Assembly: GCA_003649205.1 (NCBI GenBank)
Contig: QMRC01000003.1
Span: forward strand, 160,001 to 224,000
Reading direction: 5' to 3'
Source: Thermoprotei archaeon
Lineage (GTDB): Archaea > Thermoproteota > Thermoprotei > Thermoproteales > B15-G16
DNA length: 64,000 bases
Shown here: piece by piece, positions 60,701 through 64,000 of the stretch
How positions within the stretch are numbered: position 1 is the stretch's first letter
Layout: each line of letters opens with the position of its first letter
Made by a program: the position numbers and the translations under genes
Notes under the pieces: model-generated
The model's input: the letters and a program-made list of their open reading frames with translations, nothing else
Told to the model about the DNA's origin: nothing
Databases searched by the model: none

Positions 60701-61528
60701 ATGAGTATCAAAGTACCGCCAGAGTACCCAAGATACATCAAGAAAGGACAATTCAAATCATATGACCCAATCAAGGTCAGTAAATGGACTGAGGAAATAG
60801 TCTGTAAGTACGTGGATGGTGAACAATGGAGGAAGTACACGAGTTTTTATGGTGCTGGAGTGTATCGTGGTATCTCTACAGCTGCTGTCGTAGGTTGTAA
60901 CCTCAGATGCTTCTTCTGTTGGAGCCCTCTATCCAGAGATTTCCCAGAGAGGTATGGAACTTACTACAGTCCTAAGGAGGTGTGTGAGAACTTAGCTAAG
61001 GTAGCTAGGAAGTATGGATTTAGGAAAGCAAGGTTATCCTGTGGAGAGCCGACGATTGGTAGGGATCATCTACTGAAGGTGCTTGAGTATGTTGAGAGGT
61101 GTGACTACATAAAGCTATTCATACTTGAGACAAACGGTATATTGATGGGATTGGATAGGGACTATGTTCGTGATGTACTTAAGTTCAGTAAGGTGTACGT
61201 GAGGATTAGTTTGAAGGCGGGAACACCAGAAGCATTTACCTGGAAGACAGGTGCTATACCGCAAGCATTTGAGCTACCATTCAAGACCATAGAGTACTTC
61301 GTTGAGGAAGGTGCATGGGGTAGATTTCACGTAGCGGTAATGTCAGATCCTAGGATCATGAGTAAGGAGGAGAGAGTAGCTCTACTCGAGAAGCTCTACA
61401 GCATAGATCCTAAGCTACTGAGGTTGATTGAGGAAGAGGTTGTAGATCCATACGATACTACACTCTTTAGATTGAAGGAAGCTGGTGTTGAACTGGATTG
61501 GTCACTGTGGAGAAGTTGGTTTAGCTAG
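60701..61528 (+). CDS. Radical SAM protein (COG5014-like)
   Basis: GCNLRCFFCW; GEPT; ETNG. Confidence 0.88.
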   Translation: MSIKVPPEYPRYIKKGQFKSYDPIKVSKWTEEIVCKYVDGEQWRKYTSFYGAGVYRGISTAAVVGCNLRCFFCWSPLSRDFPERYGTYYSPKEVCENLAKVARKYGFRKARLSCGEPTIGRDHLLKVLEYVERCDYIKLFILETNGILMGLDRDYVRDVLKFSKVYVRISLKAGTPEAFTWKTGAIPQAFELPFKTIEYFVEEGAWGRFHVAVMSDPRIMSKEERVALLEKLYSIDPKLLRLIEEEVVDPYDTTLFRLKEAGVELDWSLWRSWFS

Positions 61529-61612
61529 CTTTGACTTGACGAAGTTGAGTAATGCCAGGTGCTTTTCTAAGGTATCAAACAGATAAATTATCCTTAAAGA
61601 GTATCAGATATC

Positions 61613-62728
61613 ATGTCTGTACCCGAGCTACTTGAGGAGGCTAAGGTTAAGGAGGAGAAGCTTCGTAACCTCCTAACTTCTCTAAACCTAGATGCAATAG
61701 TGTTGACACGTAGGAGAAATGTCTCTTGGCTTACTTGTGGTGGTGAGTACCACATTCTCCACAGTACTGATGAGAGTGTTGTTGCTCTCGTAATTACTAA
61801 GGAGGAGAAGCTGCTCTTCACTACGAATAATGAGATTGACAGGATTTTAGATGAGGAACCTATTTCACAGCTAGGTTATAGGACCGTTGTCCATAAGTGG
61901 TATGAGAAGTCACCTCTTGATGCTGCTCTCGAGTATCTGAAGGGTGTTAGTTCTATCGGTACTGACGTCCCAGTTCCTGGATGCACATGTATTGAGCCTC
62001 ATCTTAGAGAGCTTCGTCTAGTACTGACAACCTATGAGGTTGGTAGATTGAAGGAGCTCGGTGCTACTTCAGCTAAGTTGCTAAGTAGTGTCTTGAGGGA
62101 TCTTCGTAGAGGTACCACGGAGCAGGAATTAGCTAGTGAGCTCTTACATGAGTTTGCTCGATATGGTATTAGGTTGCCAGTGATCCTCATAGCTGCTGAC
62201 GATAGAGCCTTCAAGTACAGACACCCGCTACCCAAGGATCGGAAGATCAATGAGCACGTTATTGTGTCTATTGCTGCTGAGAAGTGGGGTCTTCACGTAA
62301 CCTTAACGAGACTTGTTCACTTTGGTTCTCTACCTGCTGAACTCAGGAAGAGGTATGAAGCGGTTGCTAAGGTTGATGCAACGTACCTCAGTATGACTAG
62401 ACCAGGTACTAAGGCCTGTGATGCTCTTAGAAGGGGTATTGAGGTCTTTAGCTCTCTAGGTTATCCTGATGAGTGGGAAAGACATACACAGGGTGGATGG
62501 ATTTCGTACCTACCTAGGGAGATAGTCATTGATCTACGTACTGAGAGGTGCTTTGGTGAGTATGAAGCTGTGTCCTGGAATCCAACCATAACGGGTACCA
62601 AGGTAGAGGATACGTTCATTGTGACTAGCGAAGGCCTTATCAATGTAACTTACGATAGTGAGTGGCCTATGCTAACTGTGGAGATTAATGGCTATAGGTT
62701 TGAAAGACCAGATATACTGGTGAGGTAG
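61613..62728 (+). CDS. M24 (Xaa-Pro/creatinase-like) family protein
   Basis: N..WLT.G; RHP; LTR; H.QGG; WNP; KVED. Confidence 0.8.
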   Translation: MSVPELLEEAKVKEEKLRNLLTSLNLDAIVLTRRRNVSWLTCGGEYHILHSTDESVVALVITKEEKLLFTTNNEIDRILDEEPISQLGYRTVVHKWYEKSPLDAALEYLKGVSSIGTDVPVPGCTCIEPHLRELRLVLTTYEVGRLKELGATSAKLLSSVLRDLRRGTTEQELASELLHEFARYGIRLPVILIAADDRAFKYRHPLPKDRKINEHVIVSIAAEKWGLHVTLTRLVHFGSLPAELRKRYEAVAKVDATYLSMTRPGTKACDALRRGIEVFSSLGYPDEWERHTQGGWISYLPREIVIDLRTERCFGEYEAVSWNPTITGTKVEDTFIVTSEGLINVTYDSEWPMLTVEINGYRFERPDILVR

Positions 62729-62780
62729 GGGTAAGAGTTTTTATGCGGTTTCAATCACTTCTCTGCTAAGAGGTGTCGAG

Positions 62781-63689
62781 ATGGGTAAGGTATTTGTCGT
62801 CCCTGGATCTGCTAGTGAGAACTTAGCTAGGAAAATCACTCAGGAAGTCGGTGTTGAGGTACTGGGTGTTGAGAGGAAGGTATTTCCGGATGGTGAGACC
62901 TATTTAAGGATTTGTGCTGAAGATCTTTCCGGTGCTTCTGTGTATGTCGTTCAGAGCTTAGCTAGGAAACCAAACGACTACCTACTTGAGCTACTGCTGC
63001 TTGTCGAAGCCGCTAAAGGTCTTGGCGCTAAGAAGGTTACAGCTGTTATACCGTATCTAGCGTACGCTAGACAAGACTCTAGATTTAAGCCAGGTGAACC
63101 AATAAGCATTGTAGCAATTGCTAGAGCGCTAGAGGCTGTTGGTGTTGACGAAGTGGTTACAGTTGACATGCACCTACATAGGTTCCACGACGTATCTGAA
63201 GTATTCAGGGTCCCAGCTACTAACCTCACATCGATACCTCTACTAGCGAAGTTCGTTAAGGAGGTATGGAAGCTAGAGAAACCCGTAATCATCGGTCCTG
63301 ATGAGGAGTCAGAACAGTGGGCCAGCATCATGGGTAGAGAGCTTGGGACTACGTACTCAGTGCTCGAGAAGGAGAGGTTAAGTGCTACGGAGGTTCAGAT
63401 CAAGGTTAGGGGCGAGGTATCGGTCAAGGATAGAGATGTTGTGATAGTTGATGACATAGTCAGTACTGGTGGAACAGTAGCGGAAGCTGCGAAGGTACTT
63501 AAGCAGTTAGGTGCTCGTAGAGTATTTGCCGCAGTAGTCCACCTCGTACTAGCACCCGGTGCTATCGAGAGGATGAAGAGTGCAGGTGTGGTGGATATCG
63601 TTGGTACAGACACAATCGAGTCACCGTATTCTCACGTATCAGTAGCTCCAGTAATTGCTAAATACATAAAGGAGAGAGAAGGTCTCTAA
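62781..63689 (+). CDS. prs: Ribose-phosphate pyrophosphokinase
   Basis: FPDGE; PYLAYARQD; VDDIVSTGGT. Confidence 0.96.
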   Translation: MGKVFVVPGSASENLARKITQEVGVEVLGVERKVFPDGETYLRICAEDLSGASVYVVQSLARKPNDYLLELLLLVEAAKGLGAKKVTAVIPYLAYARQDSRFKPGEPISIVAIARALEAVGVDEVVTVDMHLHRFHDVSEVFRVPATNLTSIPLLAKFVKEVWKLEKPVIIGPDEESEQWASIMGRELGTTYSVLEKERLSATEVQIKVRGEVSVKDRDVVIVDDIVSTGGTVAEAAKVLKQLGARRVFAAVVHLVLAPGAIERMKSAGVVDIVGTDTIESPYSHVSVAPVIAKYIKEREGL

Positions 63690-63761
63690 CCAATACCTTT
63701 TCTTACCTTAAAGCAGTGTAGTATAATGTTTAAGTTTTGATACTGGACTTCTGTTTTCAGG

Positions 63762-63809
63762 ATGCTGAGGGTAGGCGCTGCCGACTTGTGAGGAGAGAAC
63801 CCCCACTGA
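63762..63809 (+). ncRNA. Box C/D sRNA
   Basis: ATGCTGA-gggtaggcgctg-CCGA-ctt-GTGAGGA-gagaaccccca-CTGA; TTTAAG about 30 nt upstream. Confidence 0.7.
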
Positions 63810-64000
63810 GTTGGCTCCCATCCTCATGATTTCCCTGAGGGATGTAATAAAATTCAGGAAATTACTTGATAGCAGATAAGCTACCTCATATGACAATTAC
63901 ACTTCTCAATGAGAATCATCAATCCTCCAACCTTCTCTATCAAGTTATGTAGGTTATGTAGGTACAGAGGACACAGGCTAAATTAAACAGCTTTATCAAC

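Noticed and set aside
61613-62728. M24 protein missing canonical metal ligands as a novelty
   Set aside because: Resembles a widespread creatinase-like subfamily, so probably not unusual.
1482-63613. Many short antisense or nested ORFs in the track
   Set aside because: They lie within well-supported genes, have shadow-like Ser/Thr/Ile-rich composition and carry no motifs.
1-64000. CRISPR array, rRNA or transposase
   Set aside because: No spaced repeats, long GC-rich RNA genes or transposase motifs observed.

Overview
Gene-dense 64 kb from a (hyper)thermophilic archaeon, most likely Thermoproteota. The evidence is eL38, TiaS, Tsr3, a crenarchaeal-type tRNA-Glu, a full-length RNase P RNA, and GGAGGTGA/TATA signals. 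It holds about 58 CDSs, rnpB, tRNA-Glu(TTC) and about 9 unannotated box C/D-like sRNAs. No CRISPR array, IS element or intact provirus was seen. The strongest candidate for an undescribed system is a single ORF fusing a cobamide-binding MtrA-like domain to a dUMP-type thymidylate synthase. It heads an apparent operon with an ac4C writer (TmcA/Nat10) and an ASCH protein, and lies next to a nucleobase permease. Other highlights: (1) a split CobN plus ChlI/D-vWA chelatase converging on a double-SBP tetrapyrrole/metal ABC importer; (2) two probable CUG-initiated genes; (3) a C/D guide complementary to the 16S anti-SD; (4) a K-turn hairpin; (5) degenerate peptidases; (6) unusual compositional structure (CTAG/GTAC abundance, kb-scale skew blocks). 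All family assignments come from motif recognition by eye; no searches were run.
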